Below, piece by piece: positions 9,792-18,405 of a DNA stretch of 58,443 nucleotides. Under the pieces are notes generated by a model that worked only from the letters and a program-made list of their open reading frames with translations, made no database searches and was not told the origin of the DNA. The stretch covers positions 1-58,443 of the forward strand of contig JBAXKQ010000003.1 in assembly GCA_037135275.1 (NCBI GenBank), read 5' to 3'. A program made the translations under genes and the position numbers. Within the stretch, counting starts at the first letter, position 1. The number at the start of each line of letters is the position of its first letter. The DNA comes from a bacterium. GTDB taxonomy: Bacteria > Verrucomicrobiota > Kiritimatiellia > SPBP01.

Positions 9792-10691
9792 ATGAAGTGG
9801 ACCATAGTATTCCTCAACTGGAATTCGGCAAACCAGACCTGTTGCGCTGTGAACGCCGTGCGTCAATGGAGCAGGCTAAGGCCAGACATCTGCGTCGTGG
9901 ACAACGGTTCACGCCCCGAGGATGGCAAAATCCTGAGCGCCACCCTCAAGAATGTGCTTGTTGTCAGAAGTAGCACAAACCGCGGATATGGTGGCGGATT
10001 GAATCTGGCCCTGGCGTCGATGACAGACTGCCGCTACGAGGCGTTTCTCTTCATGAACACCGACGCGCACATAGCCGAGGAAGACGCTGAACGCCTTTTG
10101 CATCATATCCAAACCAATCCCCGTACTGGCATCGTTGGGCCGGTACTTCATGAATCGCAGGCCAATGACTGTCACGTGTTTGCCGGGGGGCGCAACATCG
10201 CCTTCAGGATATCAACACGCGCCAGGATGCCGAATACCGGGCGATCTACGACGCCTCAGGCTATTGCATGCGCCTATGTGCCCGGAACCGTCTTCCTTGT
10301 CAGCTCAACAGTATTGAATACTGTCGGCACAATGGACGAGACATACTTCTTCAGCGGAGAAATAGCCGACTTCTGCATGCGGGCACGCCTCTCTGGCTTT
10401 CAGTGCGCTGTCATCCCATCAGCCCATGCTCACCACACGGCCGAGGCACACCCTCTCCGCGACACTTTGTACCTGTACTACTCACTGCGCAACCGTTTCC
10501 TGTTTGCACGCAAATTCTATCCATCATGCGAATCTCTTCTGCGCCTCTACTGGACGGGTGCCGGCGCACTCATGCTTTTCAAATCCTTGCTGTACGCCAA
10601 GCCTGCCCGTGTCAGCGCCATAAGGCTGGCGCTTCGTGACGGACTCAGGCGGTCTTTCGGATGTCATCATGAATATTTCATCAAACCCTGA
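9792..10691 (+). CDS. Glycosyltransferase family 2
   Basis: VFLNWN, VVDNGS, NRGYGGG, MNTD, YYSLRNRFLF motifs. Confidence 0.85.
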   Translation: MKWTIVFLNWNSANQTCCAVNAVRQWSRLRPDICVVDNGSRPEDGKILSATLKNVLVVRSSTNRGYGGGLNLALASMTDCRYEAFLFMNTDAHIAEEDAERLLHHIQTNPRTGIVGPVLHESQANDCHVFAGGRNIAFRISTRARMPNTGRSTTPQAIACAYVPGTVFLVSSTVLNTVGTMDETYFFSGEIADFCMRARLSGFQCAVIPSAHAHHTAEAHPLRDTLYLYYSLRNRFLFARKFYPSCESLLRLYWTGAGALMLFKSLLYAKPARVSAIRLALRDGLRRSFGCHHEYFIKP

Positions 10692-11664
10692 CACAACAAT
10701 TGTAATTCCCAATCACAATGGAGCCTGCTGGCTTCCAGAATGCCTGACCTCGCTGCGCGCGCAAACCCTTGCGCCTGGCGAGGTCATCATGGTGGACAAC
10801 GGATCAACAGATGGCTCGGTCGACATAGCGAAGAAGATAATTCCCACGCTGAATATTATTGCCCTCAGCGACAACCGGGGGTTCGCCGCCGCCGTCAACA
10901 TTGGAATCAGGGCCGCCCGTTCTGAGTACATAGGGCTCCTTAACACCGACACCTCCGCCCGCCCCGACTGGCTTCTGCATCTTCATGATGCCATCAAGAG
11001 TGCTCCACCTTCCGTCGGCGGAGTAGCCTCGCGCATGGTCGACATGCGCAATCCCGGAATCATCGAGAATGCTGGCGACCTTCTTTCCTGGCATGGCATG
11101 GCCGCCAAACGCGGGCACGGACACCCGGCCGGGGACTTCAACTCTGCTACAGGGGTGTTCTCGCCCTGCGCCGGAGCCGCCCTCTACCGTCGGTCGTTTC
11201 TCCACGAAGCAGGACTCTTCGACGAGCATTTCTTCGCCTACCTCGAAGATATCGATATCGGCTTCCGCGGTCATTGGCTGGGCTATTCGTTTCAATACGT
11301 CCCGGAGGCCGTCATTCTTCATCACGGGCACGGGGCCGCTATGCCTTCCCGGCGATACGTTGAACTAATCACACGGAACAGGCTCCTCGTCCTCTTCAAG
11401 AACCTGCCCGTCAAGTCACTCGTCAGACACGCCCACCACATTGCATACGGCCAGCTCTTCTACCTGATGGCCTACAGGCACCCGCTACATGTGCTTAGGG
11501 GGTGGATATCCTTCCTGTCGCTGGCGCGACATGTTCGAATGAGCCGGACATGGCTGAGACAACACCGGAAGGTTGATGCTAGCGAAGTCGAACAATGGAT
11601 GACGTCAGCTCATCTTGAGAGGAAACCATGGTCGCGGCGGCAACAGCCGCCAACACCCGGCTGA
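10669..11664 (+). CDS. Glycosyltransferase family 2 (WbbL/rhamnosyltransferase-like)
   Basis: IVIPNHNG, VDNGSTDGS, NRGFAAAVN, LLNTD, GAALYRR, FFAYLEDIDI motifs. Confidence 0.9.
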   Translation: MNISSNPDTTIVIPNHNGACWLPECLTSLRAQTLAPGEVIMVDNGSTDGSVDIAKKIIPTLNIIALSDNRGFAAAVNIGIRAARSEYIGLLNTDTSARPDWLLHLHDAIKSAPPSVGGVASRMVDMRNPGIIENAGDLLSWHGMAAKRGHGHPAGDFNSATGVFSPCAGAALYRRSFLHEAGLFDEHFFAYLEDIDIGFRGHWLGYSFQYVPEAVILHHGHGAAMPSRRYVELITRNRLLVLFKNLPVKSLVRHAHHIAYGQLFYLMAYRHPLHVLRGWISFLSLARHVRMSRTWLRQHRKVDASEVEQWMTSAHLERKPWSRRQQPPTPG

Positions 11665-11669
11665 TCGAC

Positions 11670-12665
11670 ATGAATATCGCCTTTCACACACTGTCACCGC
11701 CACCGGTCATTCCTGGCACCGATGCGGCTTTCCAGGACATTCAAACACTGCAGTCCGTGTTTGGCGGAACGATCCTGCACCTATTCCCGCTCCGGCATCC
11801 AACCCGCTGGTTCCCAAAGCCCATGTACGGGTTGCATCGTCTCAATGACATCTCGAGGCTCGACCGTTCCCACGATATGCACTTTGTGAGCTATGCAACC
11901 CTCTATGCGTTCCCATACCTGGCAATAGTCAACAAGCCGCTTTGCTATCAGGTGCTTGGCTCCTTGGATGGCGCGCGGCCCCCGCCGTCATGGCTGAAGA
12001 ACAAATTGAAGTTCCTCCTCGTCAACACCGCGCACGACGCCGAGGTGGCGCGCTCATGGGGCATCACCGGTGTGCATTGCATTCCACCAGGCATAGACAC
12101 GAGCCGCTTCACACCCTCTCCACCGCCTCCATCCGAGCCATTCACTCTTCTCGCAGGCTCGGCGCCGTGGACAACCGAACAGTTCCGTCTGAAGGGCTTT
12201 GATATTCTCCTGGATCTCATAGCCCGACAGCCGGACATGAGGCTGATACTGCTCTGGCGTGGCTATGTCCGTAAGACTCTGGACAGCCTTGTGGCCAGCA
12301 AGCAACTCACTGATCGGGTGGAGATCCTGGACTGCTTCGTCAACGTGAATGACGTTCTCACGCGGGCTCATGCCGCTGTGGTCCTGGCCGCCAGCCCTCG
12401 GATCGTCAAGGCGTACCCTCATTCATTACTGGAAGCCCTGGCAGCCGGCCGCCCGGTTATTCTGAGCGCTGTTCTGCCGATGTCCGACTACGTGACAACC
12501 CACCAATGCGGTACGATCGTAAAGGAACTCACCCTGACAGACCTTTCCGCGGCAGTGTCCCGTATGCGGCATGACTATGACCGTCTGGCGCGAGGCGCAG
12601 GTGAGGCCGGCAGGCATTTTGATCGGGCAGCGATGGTCCTCCGCTACAAGGAGTTGTTCGTTTGA
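11670..12665 (+). CDS. Glycosyltransferase family 4
   Basis: IPPGIDTSRF, KGFD, YPHSLLEALAAGRPVI motifs. Start 5 nt after the previous stop. Confidence 0.85.
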   Translation: MNIAFHTLSPPPVIPGTDAAFQDIQTLQSVFGGTILHLFPLRHPTRWFPKPMYGLHRLNDISRLDRSHDMHFVSYATLYAFPYLAIVNKPLCYQVLGSLDGARPPPSWLKNKLKFLLVNTAHDAEVARSWGITGVHCIPPGIDTSRFTPSPPPPSEPFTLLAGSAPWTTEQFRLKGFDILLDLIARQPDMRLILLWRGYVRKTLDSLVASKQLTDRVEILDCFVNVNDVLTRAHAAVVLAASPRIVKAYPHSLLEALAAGRPVILSAVLPMSDYVTTHQCGTIVKELTLTDLSAAVSRMRHDYDRLARGAGEAGRHFDRAAMVLRYKELFV

Positions 12666-12698
12666 TCATCGCGCAGAGCGGAAAGCCGGCATCGGGGT

Positions 12699-12717
12699 CC
12701 CCTGCGCAACGCAGGGG
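12699..12717. terminator. Hairpin between convergent GT4 and wzt genes
   Basis: cccctgcg-caa-cgcagggg, a perfect 8-bp stem. Confidence 0.4.
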
Positions 12718-12721
12718 CGAA

Positions 12722-13492
12722 CTATTGCTGATATGCGGCCAGGACATCCTTGGCAGACCCATCCATCTTCAGCCTGCCATGCTCCAGCCAGACAACGCGC
12801 TGACATAACATGGACACCAGGCCAGGACTGTGGGACACGAACAAGATCGTCTTCCCCTCCTCCTGGAATTTACGAATCGACTTTGTGCACTTGGCCTGAA
12901 ACGACTGGTCGCCGACCGCCATAACCTCATCCATAATCAGGATTTCCGGATCGATGTGAATCGCAACCGCGAAGCCCAATCTCACCTGCATGCCCGATGA
13001 ATAGTTCCGCAACGGGACCTGGATGAAGTCTTTGAGCTCAGAGTATTCGACTATCTTCACAAACTTCTCTTCAACTTCCTTCCTTTGCAGGCCAAGCAGG
13101 GAGGCATTCAGGAAAATGTTCTCCTCACCCGTCAAATCCGGATGGAACCCGGCTCCGAGCTCAAGCAATGCTCCAACCCTGCCGCCAACCCTGACCTTCC
13201 CGTGCGTCGGAGCAACGGTCCCGGCAACCAGGCCCAGCAACGTGGACTTGCCAGCCCCATTCCCCCCCACAATTGCGAGCGATTCACCGGCACGAATCGT
13301 CAGATTCAAGTCGCGGAGCGCCCAGAACTCTTCCCCGGCGCCGGCTCTCCCTAACAGCCTGCGGAAGGCGTCGTGTATCAGGAATTGCCTTCTCCTGTTC
13401 AGTCGATACATCTTGGCGACGCCATCCAGGCGAATGATCGCCTTGTCCCCAAGTTCCTCATTATTCGCGACCGACACATCACTACCTGTCAT
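12722..13492 (-). CDS. wzt: Polysaccharide ABC exporter ATP-binding subunit without C-terminal carbohydrate-binding domain
   Basis: FWALRDL, Walker A GGNGAGKST, LLELGAGFHPDLTGEEN, YSSGM, Walker B ILIMDE, VSH. Protein ends right after the nucleotide-binding domain. Confidence 0.93.
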   Translation of the reverse strand: MTGSDVSVANNEELGDKAIIRLDGVAKMYRLNRRRQFLIHDAFRRLLGRAGAGEEFWALRDLNLTIRAGESLAIVGGNGAGKSTLLGLVAGTVAPTHGKVRVGGRVGALLELGAGFHPDLTGEENIFLNASLLGLQRKEVEEKFVKIVEYSELKDFIQVPLRNYSSGMQVRLGFAVAIHIDPEILIMDEVMAVGDQSFQAKCTKSIRKFQEEGKTILFVSHSPGLVSMLCQRVVWLEHGRLKMDGSAKDVLAAYQQ

Positions 13493-13507
13493 GGCAAGCA
13501 CCACCGT

Positions 13508-14356
13508 TTAGATTTTGTCTGCAAAATAGGGTTCTTTCTTGCTGAAGACCAGCCACCCCACACCCAACAGCAACACTGCAACCACTGTTGAAAGCCCCAG
13601 AGTCAGCACCTCCGGCGGCTGATCGTACAGAATCACGCGCCTCAACGAGTCTATGATCCCAGCCAGCGGGTTCAGCAGGTAAACATTGAAGAGCCACGGC
13701 TCCACACTGAGCTTCACTATCGAGAGCGGATAAATGACAGGTGTGAACCAGAACAACACAGTCAGGCCAGACTGAACAACATACAAGGTGTCCCTGTAGT
13801 ACACATTGGCTGCAGAAAGGATCATGCCACAGCCAATGAGGACACCCAACTCCACTAGAAATATCAACGGCACCCAGATCCATGTAGCCGTGGGCGCTAT
13901 TCTCGAAAACAACAGGAAGATCAGGAGGATACCGACCTGGATCAGCACATGCACTATTTGTGCGAGCACAACCGAAATGGGCAGAATATGTCTCGGAAAT
14001 ATGACCTTCTTCACAAGGGCGGCGTTGTCTATGATGCAGTTGGTGGCCGGCGGCAAAGTCATGGACAGGAAGTTCAGCGGTATCATGCCAAGAAGAAGGA
14101 AGACTGCAAAATTCTCGTGCGGCCTTGATGTCAGTCGGATGTACGAGAAGACAAGAATCAGAACTCCAAGCATGACGAGCGGATTCAGGACCGACCACGC
14201 CACCCCAAGCGACATGTTGCGGTAGCGAATCTTGAAGTCCTTCAGAACCAAGTTCCACAGCGCAAACCTGTATACCCACACTTCATGGAATAGATTGCGG
14301 GAGCGGGACGACAGGTCTACCCTAAAGCTCATTTCTGATCCATTCATTCCCGTCAT
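13508..14356 (-). CDS. wzm: Polysaccharide ABC exporter permease (ABC-2)
   Basis: KDFKIRYRNMSLGVAWSVLNPL, LVKKVIFP, YRD, TPVIYP, LNPL motifs. Six hydrophobic segments; adjacent to wzt. Confidence 0.93.
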   Translation of the reverse strand: MTGMNGSEMSFRVDLSSRSRNLFHEVWVYRFALWNLVLKDFKIRYRNMSLGVAWSVLNPLVMLGVLILVFSYIRLTSRPHENFAVFLLLGMIPLNFLSMTLPPATNCIIDNAALVKKVIFPRHILPISVVLAQIVHVLIQVGILLIFLLFSRIAPTATWIWVPLIFLVELGVLIGCGMILSAANVYYRDTLYVVQSGLTVLFWFTPVIYPLSIVKLSVEPWLFNVYLLNPLAGIIDSLRRVILYDQPPEVLTLGLSTVVAVLLLGVGWLVFSKKEPYFADKI

Positions 14357-14911
14357 GCTGCCCTATTGCCCCCGTGTCGTCCAACAAAAACCACGGCTCC
14401 CGGCGGCCCTGCCAGAACCCGTGCGTGCCAAGAATCCGAGACGATGGTGTTGGAAACTGTCTTCAGGGATGCGCATAGCGGTGCCGCAGGCGGCTGGCGA
14501 GATGAAACTGCCGGAACACGACTGTGGTGACGGATGCAGCAGAATACCTTCGTATGGAACCCCCAGACGTTCCAATACCTGTCGACACCTGCTGATTGGC
14601 TGCCAGATAACGCTTCTGACTCTGGCTATTATTGTCAAATTCTAGAATACACCACACTACGCCATATATCGCCCATAACTGGTCTATCCTGTTGTACATG
14701 AATACATTACAACATCTATCGCCACCAATCATCCCGCCGATGACATTCGCACTTTTGAGAAGCGGTATACCCGACGGACGTGGTAGCAATCACTATCTCC
14801 AACAATGAAGCTCCGTCTATGTGATGATTCCTGTACAATCGGAGCACTTCTTGGTACGAATAGTGCTAATAGTAGGTATAAAGTTTTGTATCTTGCGGAG
14901 GGAAATACCAG
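14357..14911. promoter_or_regulatory. 555-bp divergent intergenic region, AT-enriched from about 14620
   Basis: No credible ORF. Visibly lower GC between the divergent wzm and FG-GAP genes. GGAGG-like RBS before ATG 14912. Confidence 0.5.
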
Positions 14912-15979
14912 ATGAAAAAAGCGGTTCTGATTATTGCCGGTGCTCTGATTGGACTGGGTGTGACGCTATCATGCCATGCGAGGGGCGTGCCGAACGACTT
15001 CGACGGAGACGGGGCATCAGACTTGGCGGTCTATAACCCTGCAAACGGACAGTGGTTCATAAGGTCTCTGGATGGCCGGATAATTGAATGGCAGAGGAGC
15101 TGGGGATTCTCGACTGCATACCCTGTACCTGCCGACTATGATGGGGACGGACAAACCGATTTAGCCGTATTCGACCGAGCCAGTGGCAACTGGTTCATAA
15201 CCACGCGGTCTGGAAAGATCCTGGCATGGCGTCTTGCATGGGGCTGGAATACCGCGGTTCCGGTGCCAGGTGACTACGACGGCGACTCCAAGGATGATAT
15301 CGGAGTGTACGATCTGGAGAGCGGCAAGTGGTACGTGTACTCAATCGCCCTTCAGAAAGTTCTGATATGGGGACAGAACTGGGGATTCAAGGGGGATGTC
15401 AGGCGCTGGGAACGTCCGCCAACATCCACTGTCCTGCCGGTACCATACGATTACGACAATGATGGCCGTACGGATCTGGCTGTCTACTACCGTGGCTTCT
15501 CAATGGCTGACACTTACTGGTACATACTTGGAACCAGCAACAAAACATGGGCGACTGTGTGGGGTTCATCCGGATCAATCCCCACACCGGGGTCTTATCG
15601 CTCAGTGGTTGATGAATCCCTGTACCCCAAGGGCATAGCGGTATACAAGATCAAGTACTCAATCGTGGGCGACGGATCCGACGGTTCGTTCTGCACCCCT
15701 TACACCTATCAATTCAAGCTCGGAACATACGGTCTTTCCGTGCCGGTACCTGGCTTGGACTTTGACGGTAACGGCTGGGACGATCATGCGGTCTATTCAG
15801 CCGCAAACAACGGCCAGTGGATCATTTCCCTCAACGACGGAGATGGCAACGACGGGGCATCCGGCGCCTACGAGCAACCACCGCGCAGGACAGTGCAGTG
15901 GGGATTCCAGGGTGCTATTCCCGCAAATATCTACAACACAATATACACGGCTTGCGGCTATTCTGTGAAGCCGTGGTAG
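14912..15979 (+). CDS. Secreted stand-alone FG-GAP/VCBS six-repeat protein
   Basis: Signal peptide MKKAVLIIAGALIGLGVTLSCHA, followed directly by NDFDGDG. Five clear DxDxD repeats plus one degenerate repeat. Confidence 0.85.
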   Translation: MKKAVLIIAGALIGLGVTLSCHARGVPNDFDGDGASDLAVYNPANGQWFIRSLDGRIIEWQRSWGFSTAYPVPADYDGDGQTDLAVFDRASGNWFITTRSGKILAWRLAWGWNTAVPVPGDYDGDSKDDIGVYDLESGKWYVYSIALQKVLIWGQNWGFKGDVRRWERPPTSTVLPVPYDYDNDGRTDLAVYYRGFSMADTYWYILGTSNKTWATVWGSSGSIPTPGSYRSVVDESLYPKGIAVYKIKYSIVGDGSDGSFCTPYTYQFKLGTYGLSVPVPGLDFDGNGWDDHAVYSAANNGQWIISLNDGDGNDGASGAYEQPPRRTVQWGFQGAIPANIYNTIYTACGYSVKPW

Positions 15980-16037
15980 CACGGGCGAAAGCGAGACAGA
16001 AGGGACGAGGCGAGCTGAGGCCGTAAGCGGATATTGA

Positions 16038-16958
16038 TCAACGCTCCCTCTCCCAGTGATAGGCGTGCAGGCTCACTCTGCGGAGAATCCAGTAAGGCAT
16101 GTACTCGGCCGCATGTCCAGCGAGCGTGCCAATTGCCTTGGCAGAAGTGTAAAGACACCAGTAGGGAATCCACAATGGGTATTGGCGGGTAATGTACCCC
16201 AGTTCCCTGTACACATAGCGAGCCCCCATGCTGCTGCTTGTCGCGACACCATGCTCAGGAAACACCTTTGAGAGCGAATAGACGCTGTCGAAGTACCTCT
16301 TCACAACCGACTTGAGTGTGTAGTTGTGGGAGTGGATTACTTTTGAAGAAGGCCGATACACCACAGCCCACCCGGCCCGAATGATATCACGGGAAAACTG
16401 CTGGTCCTCGCTCATGATCAACTGCTCGTCAAACGGGTGCTTCAGAAGAAGACTGCGACGGACGGCTGAACTCACGTTGGAGAAGAAAACATCCTCTAAC
16501 ATCAGCGGCTTTCCAGGAATACAAACACGTCTCACTTCTTGTCCCTCTGGAAACCTGTGCAGAAGAAAAAAACGCTCCATGGGATTCGCATCGTCGCGGG
16601 GCACCTGTCTTGAGTACACAGCCCCGACCGCCTGATCATCCAGCGGAGCCAGCAGTTCGGATAACCATGACTCTCCGGCGGGAATTGCGTCCTGCGTCAT
16701 CAGCACAATGATATCTCCCACCGCCTCACTGACACCAAGATTCCTCGCTCTGCCGTGGGAAAATTTGCCAACCTGTACAACCTTGACCCCCACGAACTGC
16801 CCGGCTACAGCCCTTGTGTCATCAGTGGAATTGGAATCGACCAGCACTATCTCCACCGGAGCAAGAGGCTTCTGCCGGTGCAGGGATTGAATGAGCGCCG
16901 GGAGATGCCGGCTGGCATTCAGCGTTGGAATAACGACAGAAACTGAGAATTGCGCCAT
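16038..16958 (-). CDS. Glycosyltransferase family 2 (rhamnosyltransferase-like)
   Basis: VSVVIPTLNA, VDSNSTD, FSHGRARN, MTQDA, YSRQVP, FFSNVSS, SEDQ, HSHNY motifs. Confidence 0.9.
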   Translation of the reverse strand: MAQFSVSVVIPTLNASRHLPALIQSLHRQKPLAPVEIVLVDSNSTDDTRAVAGQFVGVKVVQVGKFSHGRARNLGVSEAVGDIIVLMTQDAIPAGESWLSELLAPLDDQAVGAVYSRQVPRDDANPMERFFLLHRFPEGQEVRRVCIPGKPLMLEDVFFSNVSSAVRRSLLLKHPFDEQLIMSEDQQFSRDIIRAGWAVVYRPSSKVIHSHNYTLKSVVKRYFDSVYSLSKVFPEHGVATSSSMGARYVYRELGYITRQYPLWIPYWCLYTSAKAIGTLAGHAAEYMPYWILRRVSLHAYHWERER

Positions 16959-17002
16959 TGGTTACCCGTCGGTTAGGGAGTACTCATTACCTGCCGGCCA
17001 GT

Positions 17003-18199
17003 CTATTGCGTCAAACTACTTCCCCCAGCCTCATCCGACAATCGTCCGACGTGGCGCGGAAGAGCCATTATGCTGAACAGGTAGCCGGCCGCAGCCATCT
17101 GTGTTCCGTTCATCAGGCACACTATCGCGAGAAAGAGTACCCTGGCTTGATCCAACGGTCCAAAGTCGCTCTCAACCCATCTGGTCACAACCACCCCTAT
17201 CACAGCAAGTCCCGTAAGGATCATTGGAATCGTGAACATCATGAGCCGTTCAAAAGTGACGTGCGCGTAAAACCAGACAATGACGGGGTCATGCCTCAGG
17301 CCCGACAGATGCGCGTACGCCTTCGACAGCAGGCCAAGAGTGATGAACTGCATGCTGATGGTATTCAGAAGCCCCCCTATCAGCATGCAGTGGATATCTA
17401 TCCGGCGCATGCCGATGTGGACGGGGCCAAATGCCAGCGGCAACATGATGAATGTTCCGACCAGCCACGCGGAAACACCAGGTGCAAGCAGGGCTGTGGT
17501 CGGGCTATGCAGCAACATGAAACGCAGGTGCCGCCATCCATCACTGAAAGACTTCAGCTTGGAGTCGCCAACCCGTGGGTGGTACACAATATCCCGTTCA
17601 GTCATCCTCAGGCCGCAGTGAATTGCGCTGACAATCATCTCACTGGCAAACTCCATGCCGGTTGTCACGCAGCGGAGCCGTCGGTAGGCCGACTGGGTAA
17701 TTGCCCGCATCCCGCAGTGGGCATCCCGGACGGCATGCCCCCAGAACATCAGCCTCAGCAGCAGGGATAGGATGGGATTGCCGAGGTACCGGTGCAGCCC
17801 GGGCATCGAGCCGGGGCGGATGTTGCTCATGCGGTTGCCTACTACAAAGTCAAATCCGCCCGAGACGATAGGCCCGGTGAGATCGCCCAGCTTTGTGAAG
17901 TCATATGTAAGGTCTCCGTCTCCCATGACGATGATGCTGTACCTGGCCTCGGAAAAGCCCTTCCGCAACGCAGCACCATAACCCTTGACCGCCTCGGCGA
18001 CAACACGCGCCCCGTGCTCCCCGGCAACTACACTGGACCTGTCTGAACTCCCGTTATCAACCACAATCACTTCGCCGGGAAGCCCTGTGGCGGCAATGCC
18101 CTCGCGTGCGGCGTCGACAACCTGCGCGATCGAATCCTGCTCGTTCAGGCAGGGGATCACGACGCTGATTCCGGAGTTATGTGTCACAGTGTTTCCCAT
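17003..18199 (-). CDS. DPM1/GtrB-like GT2 with C-terminal transmembrane helices (polyprenyl-phosphate sugar synthase-like)
   Basis: ISVVIPCLNE, VDNGSSD, GYGAAL, MGDGD, DAHCGMR, GMEFASEM, DGWRHLR, then about 4 TM segments. Confidence 0.88.
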   Translation of the reverse strand: MGNTVTHNSGISVVIPCLNEQDSIAQVVDAAREGIAATGLPGEVIVVDNGSSDRSSVVAGEHGARVVAEAVKGYGAALRKGFSEARYSIIVMGDGDLTYDFTKLGDLTGPIVSGGFDFVVGNRMSNIRPGSMPGLHRYLGNPILSLLLRLMFWGHAVRDAHCGMRAITQSAYRRLRCVTTGMEFASEMIVSAIHCGLRMTERDIVYHPRVGDSKLKSFSDGWRHLRFMLLHSPTTALLAPGVSAWLVGTFIMLPLAFGPVHIGMRRIDIHCMLIGGLLNTISMQFITLGLLSKAYAHLSGLRHDPVIVWFYAHVTFERLMMFTIPMILTGLAVIGVVVTRWVESDFGPLDQARVLFLAIVCLMNGTQMAAAGYLFSIMALPRHVGRLSDEAGGSSLTQ

Positions 18200-18405
18200 C
18201 GCCCAAACCCTATTCCTACTGCTCGCGTGTGGCAACAGAAAACCGCTCAGAGTCTGTGCCGGCACGGTCCGGATCGAACCTCTGATGCACCGTTCCGTCG
18301 TCCGGTGGACAGCCAGGGACAGGCTCTGATTATTAGGGACGGGTAGCGCCGGATGCTACTGAAGCACATCAGCAGCCCCAGCCTCATACATCGGCAGGCA
18401 CACCG

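Noticed and set aside
14363-14789. Small minus-strand ORFs upstream of wzm, or an ops/JUMPStart element
   Set aside because: Atypical composition, no RBS, and no GGCGGTAG ops match in the spacer.
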